DNA of 64,000 bases from Azorhizobium sp. AG788 (GTDB taxonomy: Bacteria; Pseudomonadota; Alphaproteobacteria; Rhizobiales; Xanthobacteraceae), in contig NZ_CALRWL010000017.1 of assembly GCF_943371865.1 (NCBI RefSeq), positions 40,829 to 104,828 of the forward strand, written 5' to 3'. Below are positions 1 through 9,890 of the stretch, piece after piece (the first letter of the stretch is position 1; each line of letters opens with the position of its first letter). The notes beneath the pieces were generated by a model. That model was not told the DNA's origin. It searched no databases and saw only the letters and a program-made list of their open reading frames with translations. The position numbers were made by a program, and so were the translations under genes.

Positions 1-1
1 C

Positions 2-277
2 ACCGAGGCCGACTGGCGGCTGTTCACCACCCTGGTGCGGTTCGACCCGGTCTATGTGGGGCACTTCAAGTGCAACATCCGCCAACTCGTTGATTATCCT
101 CATCTCTGGGCCTACACCCGCGCCCTCTACCAGGCGCCGGGGATCCGCGAGACGGTGGATTTCGACCATATCAAGAAGCACTATTACCAGAGCCACCGGG
201 GCATCAATCCCCACGGCATCGTCCCGGTCGGCCCGGAGCGGGACTTCGATGCGCCCTCGGGGCGTCCCGCGCTCTAA
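2..277 (+). CDS. glutathionyl-hydroquinone reductase / Xi-class glutathione S-transferase (YqjG/ECM4 family), C-terminal fragment; 5' end outside window
   Basis: The frame is open from the window edge. The translation TEADWRLFTTLVRFDPVYVGHFKCN...HYYQSHRGINPHGIVPVGP matches the conserved C-terminal domain of YqjG-type GSTs. Stop at 275-277. Confidence 0.8.
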   Translation, partial: TEADWRLFTTLVRFDPVYVGHFKCNIRQLVDYPHLWAYTRALYQAPGIRETVDFDHIKKHYYQSHRGINPHGIVPVGPERDFDAPSGRPAL

Positions 278-298
278 GTCTTTGAAGAGAGCGCGCTT

Positions 299-706
299 CT
301 AGCGCTCGACGGCATCGAACTTGGCCCGCGCGATCAGGATCTCGGGCCGGTTCGCCGACGCCCAGTCCGCCAGCACCCGCACCGTGGCGCTGAGGGAATG
401 GCCGAGCGCGGTCAGTTCATAATCCACCCGTGGCGGCACGGTGGGAAAGACGGTGCGCGTCACCAGCCCGTCCCGCTCCAGCCCGCGCAAAGTGAGGGTG
501 AGCATGCGCTGCGACACCGTCCCCACCTCCCGCTTCAACTGGTTGAAACGCCTGGGTCCGGCGCCCAGAAGCATGACCACCAGCATGCTCCATTTGTCCC
601 CGACACGGGCCAGGATCTCGGTCGCGGGCTGGCACGACTCGGTTGTATGGATGTGCCTGGGTTCCAAAATTGTGCCTCCTTGCGAGCGCTGGAGACGGTA
701 CTCCAT
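299..706 (-). CDS. HxlR-family winged-helix transcriptional regulator
   Basis: 135 aa. GDKWSMLVVMLLGAGPRRFNQLKREVGTVSQRMLTLTLRGLERDGLVTRTVFPTVPPRVDYELT is the typical HxlR/DUF24 HTH core. It is divergent from azoR, a common pairing. Confidence 0.85.
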   Translation of the reverse strand: MEYRLQRSQGGTILEPRHIHTTESCQPATEILARVGDKWSMLVVMLLGAGPRRFNQLKREVGTVSQRMLTLTLRGLERDGLVTRTVFPTVPPRVDYELTALGHSLSATVRVLADWASANRPEILIARAKFDAVER

Positions 707-749
707 ATAGCCTCGGTACCAAATAGGTACTGATCAAAGGCCCTCTCCC

Positions 750-1358
750 ATGAACCTCCTGCACATCGATTCCAGCATTCTCGGGGACCATTCCGTGAGC
801 CGGAAGGTGTCGTCCGCCGTGGTCGAAAAGCTGCGCCACCAGCATCCTCACCTGGAGGTGATCTATCGCGATGTGGCTGCCGATCCGGTCCCGGCGGTCA
901 GCGGTCTGACGCTGTCGGCAGCCTTTGTCCCGGCGGACCAGCACAGCCCGGCGCTTCAGCAGGACCTGGCGCAAGGCACGGCCATCGTTGATGAATTCCT
1001 CGCCGCGGACATCGTTGTGATCGGCGCGCCGATGTATAATTTCACCATCCCGGTGCAACTGAAGGCCTGGGTCGACCGCATCGCGGTCGCCGGCAAGACC
1101 TTTCGCTACAGCGCCGCCGGCGTCGAGGGCTTGGCCGGCAACAAGCGAGTCATCCTAGCCTCTGCCCAAGGCGGGCACTACGATGCGGATGGTCCGCTGG
1201 CGGCCCTGGAGCATCAGGAATCCTATCTGCGCAGCGTTCTGGGCTTTCTGGGCATTTCCCACATCGACGTCGTTCGCGCTGCCGGCGTGAACCTCGGGCC
1301 GGAGCAGAAGCAGCAAGGCGTGGACGCCGCCCTGGCGCAGGTGGCGGCGCTGGCCTGA
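750..1358 (+). CDS. azoR: FMN-dependent NADH-azoreductase
   Basis: 202 aa. The N-terminus MNLLHIDSSILGDHSVSR and the motifs ADIVVIGAPMYNFTIPVQLKAWVDRI are characteristic of AzoR/AcpD flavodoxin-like quinone reductases. Confidence 0.9.
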   Translation: MNLLHIDSSILGDHSVSRKVSSAVVEKLRHQHPHLEVIYRDVAADPVPAVSGLTLSAAFVPADQHSPALQQDLAQGTAIVDEFLAADIVVIGAPMYNFTIPVQLKAWVDRIAVAGKTFRYSAAGVEGLAGNKRVILASAQGGHYDADGPLAALEHQESYLRSVLGFLGISHIDVVRAAGVNLGPEQKQQGVDAALAQVAALA

Positions 1359-1433
1359 ACGATGCGCCCATCGCCGGGTCGTGTCGGCGATGGGCTTCAA
1401 AACGGGGGCACACGGCCCCGAGAAGGCACTTCC

Positions 1434-2501
1434 ATGGAACTTGGTCTCTATACCTTCGCCGAAAACACCCCGGACCCGGCCACCGGCCGTCTGCTCAGCC
1501 CGGCCCGGCGGCTGGCCAATCTCATGGAAGAGATCGCCCTGGCCGACGCGGTGGGGCTGGATGTGTTCGGGGTCGGCGAGCATCACCGCCCGGACTATGT
1601 GGTTTCGTCCCCTGCGGTGGTCCTGGCGGCCGCCGCCGCGCGCACCACGCGCATCCGCCTGACCAGCGCGGTGAGCGTGCTCAGCTCCGATGATCCGGTG
1701 CGGGTGTTCCAGCAGTTCGCGACCCTGGACCTGCTGTCCGGCGGGCGCGCGGAAATCATGGCGGGGCGCGGGTCATTCATCGAATCCTTCCCGCTGTTCG
1801 GCTACGACCTGGATGATTACGACACCCTGTTCACCGAGAAGCTGGAGCTGCTGCTGAAGCTGCGGGACAGCGAGCATGTCACCTGGAGCGGCACCTTGCG
1901 GCCGGCCCTGACCGGGCAGGGGGTCTATCCGCGACCGATCCAGCAGCCGCTGCCGCTGTGGATCGCGGTCGGCGGCACGCCGCAATCGGTGGCCCGCGCC
2001 GGCCATCTGGGCCTGCCGCTGGCCATCGCCATCATCGGCGGCGAGCCGGAGCGCTTTGCCCCGCTGGTGAAGCTCTATCGCGAGGCGGCGCGCCGGGCCG
2101 GACGGGCGCCGGAGACGCTGGCCGTGGGCATCAATTCCCACGGCTATGTGGCCGAGACCACGGAACAGGCCAAGGCCGAATTCTTCCCGCCCTATGCGGA
2201 TGTGATGACCAAGCTCGGCCGCGAGCGGGGCTGGCCGCCGTCGTCGCGCGGGCAGTTCGAGGCCCAGTGCGGGCCGCGCGGGGCGCTGCTGGTGGGCAGC
2301 CCGGAGCAGGTGGCGGAGAAGATCGTGTTCGAGCATGGCCTGTTCGGCCATCAGCGCTTCCTGATGCAGATGAGCGTCGGCACGCTGCCCCATGCCAAGC
2401 TGATGAAATCCATCGAGCTGTTCGGCACCAAAGTGGCGCCGCTGGTGCGGGCGGCCCTGCCTGCGCCGGCCCAAGCGCCGCTCCCCGCCACGGCTGAATG
2501 A
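1434..2501 (+). CDS. LLM-class (luciferase-like) flavin-dependent oxidoreductase
   Basis: [14 protein letters not shown]...[72 protein letters not shown] is a typical LLM TIM-barrel signature. I chose the internal ATG at 1434; the upstream 24 codons of the track ORF look non-coding. Confidence 0.85.
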   Translation: MELGLYTFAENTPDPATGRLLSPARRLANLMEEIALADAVGLDVFGVGEHHRPDYVVSSPAVVLAAAAARTTRIRLTSAVSVLSSDDPVRVFQQFATLDLLSGGRAEIMAGRGSFIESFPLFGYDLDDYDTLFTEKLELLLKLRDSEHVTWSGTLRPALTGQGVYPRPIQQPLPLWIAVGGTPQSVARAGHLGLPLAIAIIGGEPERFAPLVKLYREAARRAGRAPETLAVGINSHGYVAETTEQAKAEFFPPYADVMTKLGRERGWPPSSRGQFEAQCGPRGALLVGSPEQVAEKIVFEHGLFGHQRFLMQMSVGTLPHAKLMKSIELFGTKVAPLVRAALPAPAQAPLPATAE

Positions 2502-2546
2502 GAGCGGTGGCTTGACGGCGCGCACCTCTGCCCCGACAAGGCGCCG

Positions 2547-3452
2547 ATGCGCGCGCTGAAGGACTATACCCTGGCAGAATGGCTGGCGATCGCCCCGGCG
2601 ATCCACCGGTTGCGCCGGGGCCGCAACGTGATGGTGGATCGCCTCTATCGCGGCCGCCCGGCGCCGGGACAGGGCGAACTGGTGGCCCGGCTGCAGGGCC
2701 TGGACGCCCCGGCGCTGGCCTTCACCATCGCCTTCAACCTGCCGCCGGCCATCGCCCTGCTGGCGGACGGCATGGCCCGCTTCCTGCCGGATACGCCCCT
2801 GGTGGTATGCGACAATTCCAGCCGGCCGGAGGCCCGCGCCGCCATCGCCGCGCTGTGCGCCGAGCGGGGGCTGGCCTATTGCGCCCTGCCGCCGCCGCCG
2901 CTCAAGGGCGGGGGCAACGGCTCCCGCTCCCATGCGGTGGCGCTGAACTGGGTGCTGCACAATCTGATCCGCCCCGCCGCACCCAAGGTGTTCGCGCTGC
3001 TGGACCATGACCTGGTGCCCTTGGCGCCGGTGGAACTGACGGCCCTGGTGGCAGATCAGCCGGCCTATGGCATGGTGCGCCATGGCACGCGGTTCGGCGG
3101 CTGGTTCCTGTGGCCGGGCTACAGCGTGTTCGACTTTGCCGCTCTGGGCCCGTTGCCGCTGGATTTCGGCACCGATACGCCCCTCACCCTGGATACCGGC
3201 GGGCAGAATTGGCAGGTGCTCTATCGCGACCTCCATCTGCCGGACCTGGCGCAGGCGGCGACCCGCACCGCCTGGATCCCCGATCCGGACACCGGCACGC
3301 CGGAGCCCTATCTGCTGGCGGATGGCTGGCTGCATGTGGGCGGCGCCGGCCATCGCGGCGGCGGCGCGGCGGCGCTGGCGACCGTGCAGCGCGCGTTCAT
3401 GGCCGATCCCAATGGCTTGCTGGACCGCCTGCTGGAAACCGCCACCGCCTGA
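2547..3452 (+). CDS. hypothetical protein, possibly GT-A-fold glycosyltransferase-like
   Basis: 301-aa ORF with GC3-rich codon usage. PLVVCDNSSRPEA resembles the nucleotide-binding start of GT2 enzymes and LLDHDLVP resembles a DXD motif. The function call is weak. Confidence 0.5.
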   Translation: MRALKDYTLAEWLAIAPAIHRLRRGRNVMVDRLYRGRPAPGQGELVARLQGLDAPALAFTIAFNLPPAIALLADGMARFLPDTPLVVCDNSSRPEARAAIAALCAERGLAYCALPPPPLKGGGNGSRSHAVALNWVLHNLIRPAAPKVFALLDHDLVPLAPVELTALVADQPAYGMVRHGTRFGGWFLWPGYSVFDFAALGPLPLDFGTDTPLTLDTGGQNWQVLYRDLHLPDLAQAATRTAWIPDPDTGTPEPYLLADGWLHVGGAGHRGGGAAALATVQRAFMADPNGLLDRLLETATA

Positions 3453-3490
3453 AGGCCGCGGACATCCCTGAAAGCCAGGGCATAAAAAAA

Positions 3491-3510
3491 CCGCCGGGCG
3501 AACCCGGCGG
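3491..3510 (-). terminator. rho-independent terminator hairpin (second of two) downstream of rplS
   Basis: CCGCCGGG-cgaa-CCCGGCGG perfect 8-bp stem. On the minus strand it is followed by TTTTTTT (plus-strand A-run 3484-3490). Confidence 0.8.
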
Positions 3511-3535
3511 CGTTGAACTGCTCGAAGAAAAATGG

Positions 3536-3556
3536 GGGCGCCGGCGTGCGGCGCCC
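3536..3556 (-). terminator. hairpin immediately after the rplS stop, followed by a T-rich tract on the minus strand
   Basis: GGGCGCCG-gcgtg-CGGCGCCC 8-bp stem. The minus strand continues CCATTTTTCTTCG. Confidence 0.6.
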
Positions 3557-3560
3557 GGCC

Positions 3561-3971
3561 TCACTCCGCCGCGGGAGCGGAGGTGGCGGGGCCCTTGACC
3601 TTCTTGGCGCGGTCGTCGGTGCGCTCGGCGATACGGGCGGACTTGCCGCGACGGTCACGCAGATAATACAGCTTGGCGCGACGGACCTTGCCGCGACGCA
3701 CCAGCTTCACCGAATCGATCAGCGGCGAATAGACCGGGAACACGCGCTCCACGCCTTCGCCGTAGGAAATCTTGCGGACCGTGAAGCTCTCGTTGATGCC
3801 GCCGCCGTTGCGGGCGATCACGACGCCTTCGTACGCCTGAACGCGGGTGCGGTCGCCTTCGACCACCTTCACGTTGACGATCACGGTATCACCCGGCTGG
3901 AAGTCGGGGATGGTCTTGTTTTCATGGAGGCGAGCAGCCTGCTCGGCCTCAAGGGTCTGGATAATGTTCAT
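3561..3971 (-). CDS. rplS: 50S ribosomal protein L19
   Basis: [11 protein letters not shown]...[63 protein letters not shown] is canonical L19. It is the last gene of rpsP-rimM-trmD-rplS. Confidence 0.97.
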   Translation of the reverse strand: MNIIQTLEAEQAARLHENKTIPDFQPGDTVIVNVKVVEGDRTRVQAYEGVVIARNGGGINESFTVRKISYGEGVERVFPVYSPLIDSVKLVRRGKVRRAKLYYLRDRRGKSARIAERTDDRAKKVKGPATSAPAAE

Positions 3972-4141
3972 GTCACCAACCTCTAGCAGTCACCCGTGCC
4001 AAGCCGTCTCCGGCCGTGCCCCGGCGCCACATCGTGTCGTTATAAGTTAAGGGACGCCGGTCCATAGCCGAGAATGGCCGGGCTGTCATGCCTTTTTGTT
4101 CATCGCCGCGTCATGGGGCGGTGATCTGATCGGCAATTCGC

Positions 4142-4867
4142 CTACCGCCGCTTCTCCGGCTGTGCGGGCGTTTGGGCCAGCAGATCCGGCCGGCGCTCGC
4201 GGGTCACCGCTTCCGATTGCGCCCGGCGCCAGGCGGCGATGCGGGCGTGATCGCCGGAGGTGAGCACCTCGGGAATGCCGGCGCCCTCGAACAGTTGCGG
4301 GCGGGTGTATTGGGGATATTCCAGCAGCGCCTGGGAGAAGCTCTCGTCGGTGCCGCTCTCGATCTTGCCCATGACGCCGGGAATGAGTCGCACGCACGCG
4401 TCCAGTGTCAGCAGGGCCGCGGCCTCGCCCCCCGACAGCACCACATCGCCGACGCAGACCTCTTCCAGATCCCGGCCGGCAACGATGCGCTCGTCTACCC
4501 CCTCGAAGCGGCCGCACAGGATGATCGCGCCCGGCCCGGCGGCCAGATCGCGCACGCGGGCCTGGGTCAGCGGGCGACCGCGCGGGGTCATCAGCAAACG
4601 GGGGCGGGAATCGCCTTCGGGGGCAGCGGCATCGATGGCGCGGGCCAGCACGTCCGCCCGCATCACCATGCCGGGGCCGCCGCCGGCGGGGGTGTCATCC
4701 ACCGAGCGGTGCTTGTCGGTGGCGAAGTCGCGGATCTGCAGCGCCTCCAGCGCCCACAGGCCGTTGGCCAGCGCTCGCCCGGCCAGGGCATAGCCCAGCG
4801 GCCCGGGAAACATCTCGGGATAGAGCGTGAGCACGGTGGCGCGGAAAGCGGGGGCGCTGGTCGTCAT
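4142..4867 (-). CDS. trmD: tRNA (guanine37-N1)-methyltransferase
   Basis: [26 protein letters not shown]...[25 protein letters not shown] is the TrmD SPOUT signature. Start set at the internal ATG (MTTSAPAF); the track ORF extends to 4936. Confidence 0.94.
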   Translation of the reverse strand: MTTSAPAFRATVLTLYPEMFPGPLGYALAGRALANGLWALEALQIRDFATDKHRSVDDTPAGGGPGMVMRADVLARAIDAAAPEGDSRPRLLMTPRGRPLTQARVRDLAAGPGAIILCGRFEGVDERIVAGRDLEEVCVGDVVLSGGEAAALLTLDACVRLIPGVMGKIESGTDESFSQALLEYPQYTRPQLFEGAGIPEVLTSGDHARIAAWRRAQSEAVTRERRPDLLAQTPAQPEKRR

Positions 4868-4932
4868 GGCGGTGTGATGGGGGAGGCGGTCCGGCGCGTC
4901 AATCGCGGGCGGTTGATGAGCGCCGGGTGCCG

Positions 4933-5478
4933 TCACGCCTCGTTGGCCGCGTCGGCTTCTTCCGGCGGCGGGGGCTCGTCCGGGGCGGCGTCGGGCACCA
5001 CCACCAGGCGGCCGCCGGGCACGTCCACCACCGGGACCGCCGCTTTACTGAAGGGCAGCAGCAGCGATTTGCCACCATCGAGGGGGGCATATTCCAGCAC
5101 ATCGCCGGCGCCGAAATCATGCATGGCCAGCACGTTGCCGAGATGGGCGCCGGTGGCGTCCTCCACCCGCAGGCCGATCAGGTCCACATGATAAAAGGTC
5201 TCGTCGTCCTCGGCGGGCGGCAGCGCGTCGCGGGGCACGAACAGATCGGTATTGGTGAAGCCCTCGGCGGCGGTGCGGTCGGGAATGCCCTCGAACCGGG
5301 CCACGTAGTGGTCCTTGGCGGGGCGCAAAGAGAGCACCTTGAAGGTCCGCTTGCCGGCTTCGTCGGTGAGAGTGTAGCGCTTGAGATCGTTGGGATCTTC
5401 GCCGAACGGGAACAGGCGCACCTCGCCCTTCACGCCATGCGGCGCACCGATGCGGGCGATGAGAATGCGCTCAGTCAT
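4933..5478 (-). CDS. rimM: 16S rRNA processing protein RimM
   Basis: [29 protein letters not shown] is the typical RimM N-terminus, with a PRC-barrel C-terminus. An alternative ATG at 5505 is possible. Confidence 0.9.
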   Translation of the reverse strand: MTERILIARIGAPHGVKGEVRLFPFGEDPNDLKRYTLTDEAGKRTFKVLSLRPAKDHYVARFEGIPDRTAAEGFTNTDLFVPRDALPPAEDDETFYHVDLIGLRVEDATGAHLGNVLAMHDFGAGDVLEYAPLDGGKSLLLPFSKAAVPVVDVPGGRLVVVPDAAPDEPPPPEEADAANEA

Positions 5479-5576
5479 GGTAGGCAGGCTTCCGGTCTTG
5501 GACATCACCGCCCCGTCGCAAAGGATGGCCGGCTGGAACATGCAGCGGGGCGCAGGTGCGCCCCGCTGCATCGGGA

Positions 5577-5957
5577 TCACTCGGCCGCGGGGGCGTCTTC
5601 AGCGGGGGCGGCAGCGGCAGCGGCGGCCTTGGCGGCGCGCTCGGTGGCGCGCTCCTGGGCCTTCTTGCCGGGCTCGCCCTTCTTCAGGTTGCTCGGGGTC
5701 TCGCGCTTGATCAGGCCGAGGGCGTCCAGGAAGCGGGCCACGCGGTCGGTGGGCTGGGCGCCCTTTTCGAGCCACGCCTTGGCCTTCTCCTGGTCGAGCA
5801 CGACGCGGTCGGCGGCGTCCTTGGCCAGCAGCGGGTTGAAGGTGCCGATCTTCTCGATGAAGCGGCCGTCGCGGGGCGAACGGGCGTCGGCAATGACGAT
5901 GCGGTAGTAGGGACGCTTCTTGGCGCCACCACGGGCGAGACGGATCTTCAGGGACAT
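5577..5957 (-). CDS. rpsP: 30S ribosomal protein S16
   Basis: [42 protein letters not shown] is canonical S16, with an Ala/Lys-rich C-terminal tail. Confidence 0.97.
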   Translation of the reverse strand: MSLKIRLARGGAKKRPYYRIVIADARSPRDGRFIEKIGTFNPLLAKDAADRVVLDQEKAKAWLEKGAQPTDRVARFLDALGLIKRETPSNLKKGEPGKKAQERATERAAKAAAAAAAPAEDAPAAE

Positions 5958-6054
5958 GGGATTCTTCCTTTCGGTATTTCTGTAAGCGGTGTGTCTTCAG
6001 GTTTAATCGGCCGATCCCCGCGCCCGGCGCTGCCGGGAGCCGCGGGGCGCGGCG

Positions 6055-7578
6055 TCATTTCTTCTTCGGGCCTCCCAGGCCCGGCAGGCCGGAAAGGCCC
6101 TTGGGCAGGCCACCGAGGCCGGGCATGCCGCCCGGAAACTTCGCCGGCAGGCCGCCGCCACCGAGGCCGCCCATGCCGCCGGGCATCTTCTCGGCCATCT
6201 GCTGCAGCGCATCGGGGGAGGGCGCGCCGCCCATTCCCATTATGCCCGCAAGACCCGCCAGCGGGCCGCGCTTGCCGGCGGCGCCGCCCATGGCCTTCAT
6301 CATGTCGGCCATCTGGCGGTGCATCTTGATGAGGCGGTTGATCTCTTCCACCTTGGTGCCCGAGCCGGCGGCGATGCGGCGCTTGCGCGAGGCATCCAGC
6401 ACCTTCGGGTTGCGCCGCTCGTGCCGGGTCATGGAATTGATGATCGCGGTCTGGCGCTTGAACACCTTCTCGTCGAGATTGGCGGAGGCGATCTGGTTCT
6501 TCACCTTGGCCACGCCCGGCAGCATGCCCATGAGGCCGGACATGCCGCCCATCTTCTGCATCTGGGCCAGTTGGTCGCGCAGATCCTCCAGATCGAATGC
6601 GCCCTTGCGCATCTTCTCGGCGGTGGCGCGGGCCTTCTCCATGTCGATGGTTTCGGCGGCGCGCTCCACCAGCGCCACCACGTCGCCCATGCCGAGGATG
6701 CGGCCGGCAACCCGCTGGGGATCGAAATCCTCCAGCGCATCCATCTTTTCGCCGGTGCCCAAGAGCTTGATGGGCTTGCCGGTGACCGCGCGCATGGAGA
6801 GCGCGGCGCCGCCGCGGCCATCGCCATCGGCGCGGGTGAGCACGATGCCGGTGAGGGCGACGCGGGCGTCGAAGGCCTTGGCGGTGTTGACCGCGTCCTG
6901 GCCGGTGAGGCTGTCGGCCACCAGCAGCACTTCGTGCGGATTGGTGACGGCGCGCACTTCGGCGACTTCCGCCATCAGCGCTTCGTCCAGCGTCACGCGG
7001 CCGGCGGTGTCCAGCAACACCACGTCATAATTGCCGAATCGCGCCGCATCCATGGCGCGGCGGGCGATCTGCACCGCGGACTGGCCGGGCACGATGGGAA
7101 GGGTGGTGACCTCTACCTGGGTGCCGAGCGTCGCCAACTGCTCCATGGCCGCCGGGCGGCGGGTATCGAGCGAGGCCATCAGCACGCGGCGCTTGCCGCG
7201 CTCGGTGAGGCGCTTGGCGATCTTGGCGGTGGTGGTGGTCTTGCCCGAGCCCTGGAGGCCGACCATCAGGATGGCGACGGGGGCGGGGGCATTGAGATCG
7301 ATGGGTTCAGCGTCGGAGCCCAGCGTGGCGACCAACTCGTCATGGACGATCTTCACGACCATCTGGCCGGGGGTCACCGACTTGATGACCTCCACGCCCA
7401 CGGCGCGCTCGCGCACCTTGTCGATGAAGGCGCGCACCACATCGAGCGCCACGTCCGCCTCGATCAGCGCCCGGCGCACTTCGCGCATGGCTTCGCCCAC
7501 GTCGGCCTCGGTGAGAGCGCCGCGCCGCTTCAGCTTGTCGAGTATGCCGCCAAGGCGGTCGGAAAGGCTGTCGAACAT
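6055..7578 (-). CDS. ffh: signal recognition particle protein Ffh
   Basis: MFDSLSDRLGGILDKLKRRG start, NG domain with GLQGSGKTTTTAKIA and DTAGR, and a Met/Gly-rich M-domain tail. Start at the internal ATG; the track ORF extends to 7695. Confidence 0.97.
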   Translation of the reverse strand: MFDSLSDRLGGILDKLKRRGALTEADVGEAMREVRRALIEADVALDVVRAFIDKVRERAVGVEVIKSVTPGQMVVKIVHDELVATLGSDAEPIDLNAPAPVAILMVGLQGSGKTTTTAKIAKRLTERGKRRVLMASLDTRRPAAMEQLATLGTQVEVTTLPIVPGQSAVQIARRAMDAARFGNYDVVLLDTAGRVTLDEALMAEVAEVRAVTNPHEVLLVADSLTGQDAVNTAKAFDARVALTGIVLTRADGDGRGGAALSMRAVTGKPIKLLGTGEKMDALEDFDPQRVAGRILGMGDVVALVERAAETIDMEKARATAEKMRKGAFDLEDLRDQLAQMQKMGGMSGLMGMLPGVAKVKNQIASANLDEKVFKRQTAIINSMTRHERRNPKVLDASRKRRIAAGSGTKVEEINRLIKMHRQMADMMKAMGGAAGKRGPLAGLAGIMGMGGAPSPDALQQMAEKMPGGMGGLGGGGLPAKFPGGMPGLGGLPKGLSGLPGLGGPKKK

Positions 7579-7939
7579 GGGTCCGTCCTGGTCCCCTCGG
7601 CCGAAGCCGAGGTTGGGTTTCGCAAGTCCCGCGCTGGGCGACCACCGGGCATCGCGCCGATGACGGCGCAACGCGGAACGCGCCCGAGGGCGCAACGCGC
7701 TGTCGGGCGGGGACCTCCGGGCTCCTGGCCCGGTCGGCGGATCGGCAGTGCCGTCCTCTTGAAGCGCGGGTCTTTAGCACTCCTGGTGCCGCAAGACAAT
7801 GGCGCGGCGCATATGGGGGCCGCTGGAAGGCTTGCGCCAGGCTGGCGCGGACGCTGCGGCCCGCATTGCCCGCACGGCAAGGCCTCGCTTAGGGTAATAG
7901 CTGCATGTGCTGGTGCCACCCGCCGTTTCGAGAGGCCCG

Positions 7940-8860
7940 ATGCCCTCCCTCCTGACCCGCCGCTCCTTCCTCTCCGCCGCCGCGGCGCTGCCGCTGGCGT
8001 CGGCTTTGCCTTCGGTGGCCCATTCGGTGCCCCTCAACGCGCCGTTCGCGGTAGGCGGGTTTACCGTCATGCCGCTGCTCGACGGCCCGTTCGGCCTCAC
8101 GGCGGCGCTGATGCCCCAGGCCGATTCGGTGGAAGGCGAGAAACTGGTGGAGCGGGTCGGATTGCCCGCAAAGGGGCCGTGGCCGCAGCCGGTCAATACC
8201 TTCGTGGTGCAGCGCGGCGAGCGCATCTTCATGATCGATGCGGGCGGGGGCACCGTGCTCGGCCCGGACCTGGGCAAGATGCCGGAGCGGCTGGCGGCGG
8301 TGGGGGTCGATCCCGCCAAGGTGGAGGCCGTGCTGATGACCCATCTGCACGCCGACCATGCGGGCGGGCTGATGACGCCCGAAGGCAAGGCCTTCTTCCC
8401 CAATGCGGAAATCATTGTGCAGCAGGCGGAAGTGGCGTTCTGGACCGACGACGGTGCGCGCTCCCGCGCCCCCGCCGGCACGGACGCCATGTTCGCCATC
8501 GCCCGCGCGGCGCTGGCGGCCTATCCCGGCAAGGTGCGCACCGTGGCCGGCGCCATCACGGCGGCGCCGGGCCTGACCTTTGTGCCGCTGCCCGGCCACA
8601 CCCCCGGCCATGCGGGCCTGATGCTGGCGGACGGCAATGAGCAGTTCCTGTTCTTCGCCGATGTCATCCATTCGGCCCTGCTGCAATTCCCGCACCCGGC
8701 CTGGACCGTGCTGTTCGACGTGGACCAGGCCCAGGCGGCGGCCACCCGCCGGGGCATCCTCGACCGGCTGGCGGCAGATAAGATTCCCGTGACCGGGGCC
8801 CATATTCCCGATCGCGGCCGCATTGAGGTGCGCAACATGGGTTATGCCTTGGTGGCGTAA
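7940..8860 (+). CDS. MBL-fold metallo-hydrolase with twin-arginine (Tat) signal peptide
   Basis: MPSLLTRRSFLSAAAALPLASALPSVAHS is a Tat-type leader. HLHADHAGG is the HxHxDH zinc motif. The SD-like GAGAGG lies upstream of the ATG at 7940. Confidence 0.8.
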   Translation: MPSLLTRRSFLSAAAALPLASALPSVAHSVPLNAPFAVGGFTVMPLLDGPFGLTAALMPQADSVEGEKLVERVGLPAKGPWPQPVNTFVVQRGERIFMIDAGGGTVLGPDLGKMPERLAAVGVDPAKVEAVLMTHLHADHAGGLMTPEGKAFFPNAEIIVQQAEVAFWTDDGARSRAPAGTDAMFAIARAALAAYPGKVRTVAGAITAAPGLTFVPLPGHTPGHAGLMLADGNEQFLFFADVIHSALLQFPHPAWTVLFDVDQAQAAATRRGILDRLAADKIPVTGAHIPDRGRIEVRNMGYALVA

Positions 8861-8881
8861 GGCCACCCGAGGAACCCACGC

Positions 8882-9829
8882 ATGGGATTGAAGACACGGT
8901 TGCAGATCGCCTTCGCCTGCGCTGCGGGGATTTCACTGGGTATGGCGCCGGCTCTGGCGCGGCCGCTGTCGGTGGAGGTCACCAACGCAAGCCAGCCGAC
9001 CTTGTGCGCCGAAACCGACAATGTGGCGCTGAATTTCGCCTCGGCGGAGGTGATGCAGTTTCGCATCCAGGCGGTGCATCCCGCTTATGTCGGCATGCTT
9101 GCCGTGGACCGCACCGCGGCGGATTTCACCGCCTGCGACATGAGCGATGATCCGGTCGTTCCCGCCGAGCCCAAGCGGGTAACGCTCTATGAAACCCCCG
9201 ATCTCTGGCTGACCGGGTACACCTTCCCCAGCTTCTGGCGTCCGGCATCCGTGCCGTTCCGCGTCGATGGCAAGGTGGTAGAGGGGCTGCATATGGTGCA
9301 GCTCTGGGTGCGCCATGCGGAGCGAGCCGAAGAGGTGATGGTGGTCTATCCTCCTGACGGTTACTGGCGCGCCCGCCCGTTGCCGCCGGCGCATCTGGGC
9401 GGGGCAGGCTATGGCTCGTCCTTCCTGGTGGGGCCGGTCGAACAGGAAGAGCGGCCGCTGGTGAAGCTGAAGGAGATTGGCTTCGATCCGGCGACCCGTA
9501 CCTTCGCGCTGAGCTTTGCCGGCGGCGGCGGCGCGCATATGGCGCTGCTGGCGCTGGATCGGGAGCATATCGCCCTCGAAGTCACGCTGGACGCGCCCAT
9601 TGCCGGGGCGCCGTTCGCGGCGCTGCGCTCCATGTATGTGACCGAATTCAATGCCGACGTGGCCCGCCTGGCCTGGAAGACCGCCCGCGGCGCCGGCTGG
9701 GGCGAGGCGCCGGTGATGGACTATCCCGGCGGGACGGTGAGCGAGATGTGGACAGGGCGGATGGTGCCCTCGCGCCACAACACCAGCGCCCCAGACATGG
9801 TCTTCGGCCCGTTCGGGGGTCTGAATTGA
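8882..9829 (+). CDS. hypothetical secreted protein (no family recognised)
   Basis: 315 aa. The N-terminal signal peptide is MGLKTRLQIAFACAAGISLGMAPALARP. It lies 21 nt after the MBL gene, so probably in the same operon. Codon usage is GC3-rich. Confidence 0.6.
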   Translation: MGLKTRLQIAFACAAGISLGMAPALARPLSVEVTNASQPTLCAETDNVALNFASAEVMQFRIQAVHPAYVGMLAVDRTAADFTACDMSDDPVVPAEPKRVTLYETPDLWLTGYTFPSFWRPASVPFRVDGKVVEGLHMVQLWVRHAERAEEVMVVYPPDGYWRARPLPPAHLGGAGYGSSFLVGPVEQEERPLVKLKEIGFDPATRTFALSFAGGGGAHMALLALDREHIALEVTLDAPIAGAPFAALRSMYVTEFNADVARLAWKTARGAGWGEAPVMDYPGGTVSEMWTGRMVPSRHNTSAPDMVFGPFGGLN

Positions 9830-9833
9830 GAAC

Positions 9834-9856
9834 GGCGGCCCCCGGAGGGGGCCGCC
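9834..9856. terminator. strong hairpin between convergent genes (candidate bidirectional terminator)
   Basis: GGCGGCCCCC-gga-GGGGGCCGCC perfect 10-bp stem between the stops at 9829 (+) and 9891 (-). There is no clear U-tract. Confidence 0.5.
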
Positions 9857-9890
9857 GCCAATCGTCGCGTGCGTCGCGGGTCCGGGCGGC

